NCBI GenBank assembly: GCA_036172245.1
Contig: JAYWIR010000014.1
Coordinates: forward strand, 124,001 to 188,000
DNA length: 64,000 bases
Direction of reading: 5' to 3'
DNA from: Raillietiella orientalis
Lineage: Eukaryota
The notes under the pieces are model-generated. The model ran no database searches, had not been told where the DNA came from, and saw only the letters and a list, made by a program, of their open reading frames with translations. Made by a program: the position numbers and the translations under genes. How positions within the stretch are numbered: the stretch's first letter is position 1; each line of letters opens with the position of its first letter. This document shows, piece after piece, positions 61,790 to 64,000 of the stretch.

Positions 61790-63575
61790 ATTTATTTTAT
61801 TTCATCATTCACTCTATATATTCATGCATTCATTTTCTCCAATCATTCCACTTAAGTCACCTGGAAGTCTGCTTCGTGGGATTAACACTGAGGTTCACTA
61901 GACTTGGGGAACCGGACGTTGTCCTCTATCCTTCTCAGGATATGTCGGTAGTTCCAGGTCTGTACTCTTCCACAGTTTCTTATGCCGATCTCCTTCTGGA
62001 TAAGTCCTTTCAGGATTTCCATTAGATACAGCGGTCCTGGTGGTCTTCATCTTCCACCACCGCACAAGGATTGCGGTGATGAAGAGGGCGATGGTCATCA
62101 TTACCATGGGATTGTAACAGGGAACGTTCCCATTTCCTTAGAATATGCCTGCTAAGATTCCCGTGGTCGATGTGGTGGGCAGCCCGATAAGCCTTTTGAG
62201 GGTGTGCCACTCTTGTTGCATCGTGGGACGGGTCAAGACGTGGAGTCTTGTATCCTTGTCTCCACATGCTTTGCAGGCCTCATCTTCTCTTCTTCCCGTG
62301 AATAGCTTCATGGTTGTCCTGCACAGGATTCCTCCATAATAAAACATCAGGAGGTTATCCTGTGTGTCCGGTGGAAAGTCACTCCTCCAGAGTCGTTCCG
62401 ATAGCCAACAGGTATATCCCTGCACTCCCGTGGCGATCGGCAGCTTCTTGGAGGGCACTGGTGTCTTTGTCCTCTTCGACTATTAGTCGACATAGGTTTC
62501 TCTTTGTTACCCTGGACCACACGAAGTTGTGGTTTTTCCACACTTCGCGGGTCCTGTGAGTGAATCTTCCAGCTATCCTATCAATGTATCGGAGTACTCG
62601 GGAGTGGTGAAGGAACTCTCCTCGTCTCCATGCTTGGGCTGCTTGCAAGGTAACCCTGGACCGCTGGTGGATCCAGCTCCTTGTATCCGGAGGTACCGGG
62701 AGCATCCACGGGATCACCAGGATAGATTTCTACTGCCAGAGTTCCTTGCTCCTTGGTATGATCTTCAGCTGGTGCTTGTGTACCAGCTGCTGCTTTCGTC
62801 TCCAGGTTGGGTGGATGGTGACCCATTTATCCACTCTGCTGAGCAGCGCAGTCATCAGTCCTCTCGAGTTATTTATCAACAATGAGTAAGCCCTGTGCGC
62901 TGCATACGGCTAGTCTTCCCAGTTTTCCGACATGTCCAGGAATTGTCGCACGACCATGGTGTCCACAGAGTGTGCAAGCGAATTCATCCCGGTACCGCCT
63001 TCCTCCTTAGAACGACACAGTGATTTGAGGCGGATTCTCGGTCGATAGCCTCCGCAGAGGGTTTTCCTTTGTAGCTTCTCTACCTCTCTTCTGGTGTCTT
63101 TATGCATTCTGCAGAAGGCCGCTCCGAAGAGTATCTTTGGAAGGAGTACTCCGTTCCAAAAGTTGGCCCTCCGCTTCATGTTTAAGTCCAAACGGGTATA
63201 ATTCGCTTCTTCTTGTGCTGTTTTCCCCAGGATTTCCTTCCATAATAGTTGGGACGATGAATTGTCGCCAATGTGGACACCCAGCTACTTGGCATTGTCC
63301 ACCGTTCGGAATTCTTCCTCCATGAGTATAGAGAAATCCAGGATTCCGACGGGCAAAAGTTGGCTTTTCTGGGTGTTGACTTTTAAGCCCAATCCTTCTT
63401 CCATAAGCCCCACCACGTCCAGAAACGTACGTTGATGAAGAAGAGATCATCCACGTAAGCCAGATGGGTGAGTCGCTGATTGTCGACAGTGATTCCGCGG
63501 AAGTGCCCACTTCTCTCGATGAATGATAAGAAGACCCCATGTTTATGACAAACAGCATCGGACTGAGAGCACCCA
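61790..63575 (-). mobile_element. 5'-truncated L1/Tx1-like non-LTR retrotransposon, ORF2 C-terminal half
   Basis: LSPMLFVI, HLAYVDDLFF (frameshifted), LGVHIG, RANFWNGVLLPKILF, LCRSKEEGGTGM, CKACGDKDTRLH, and an A-rich 3' end with AATAAA near 61790; several frameshifts. Confidence 0.88.
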
Positions 63576-63586
63576 CTTGCAGAACA

Positions 63587-63654
63587 CTCACTCTACTGCT
63601 GCATTTGTGATGCAGCAGTAGAGTGAGCAAGAAACTGCATTTGTGATGCAGTTT
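63587..63654. repeat. Two adjacent hairpins sharing the core CTGCATTTGTGATGCAG
   Basis: 18-bp arms at 63587-63604 and 63610-63627, then 9-bp arms at 63632-63654, both with a TTGTG loop. Confidence 0.93.
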
Positions 63655-64000
63655 TATTTGGGAACTCTGGGACCAATGTTCTTTAGCTATCGGTCACGTG
63701 TCTACTTACCTAGCTGTAAGTTTGCGATAATGTGTAGTATGCAAGTCTCAAGAATTTGGATTTAGATTATTTTTCAAGGTTTTCTGAAAAACTGTTGGTG
63801 TCGAAGACTTTCCACATTTAATGCATCACTGCTGAAGTAATCATTTTCTGAAACTAAGATGTTTTTGTATCATTATAAAAACGAAAACGGATGATATTTG
63901 TGTAAACTAAGTATTCAAGGTAAGAAAAGATACCAGTTTCTGGTTTAGATTGTCATTTGGGTCAGTGAAGTAAAATAATTATTTCCTTGGAATAATTATT

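Overview
Eukaryotic, probably arthropod or other invertebrate, genomic DNA; it is not prokaryotic, and most entries in the six-frame ORF track are noise. I reconstructed three spliced genes with consistent splice phases. (1) A 10-exon carboxyl/cholinesterase-family gene on the minus strand (17146 to 102, running off the left edge). It looks neuroligin-like yet keeps a Ser-Glu-His triad and has a GC-AG intron. (2) A compact FAM8A1/RDD-family gene with tiny introns inside an AT-rich island (31971-33188, +). (3) A big brain (bib)-type aquaporin (46111-51725, +) with a motif-rich cytoplasmic tail. Also present are a broken intron-containing PRMT5 copy, a decayed tandem duplicate of the bib 5' region, a possible decayed F-box/LRR gene, L1/Tx1-like LINE relics (one apparently 5'-inverted and carrying a tRNA-like head), and three perfect 17-18 bp hairpins plus micro-duplications resembling templated-insertion repair scars. 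Base composition alternates sharply between GC/CpG-rich and AT-rich blocks. I found no CRISPR array, rRNA or intact tRNA, and cannot claim a wholly new system. All homology calls come from recalled motifs, not database searches.
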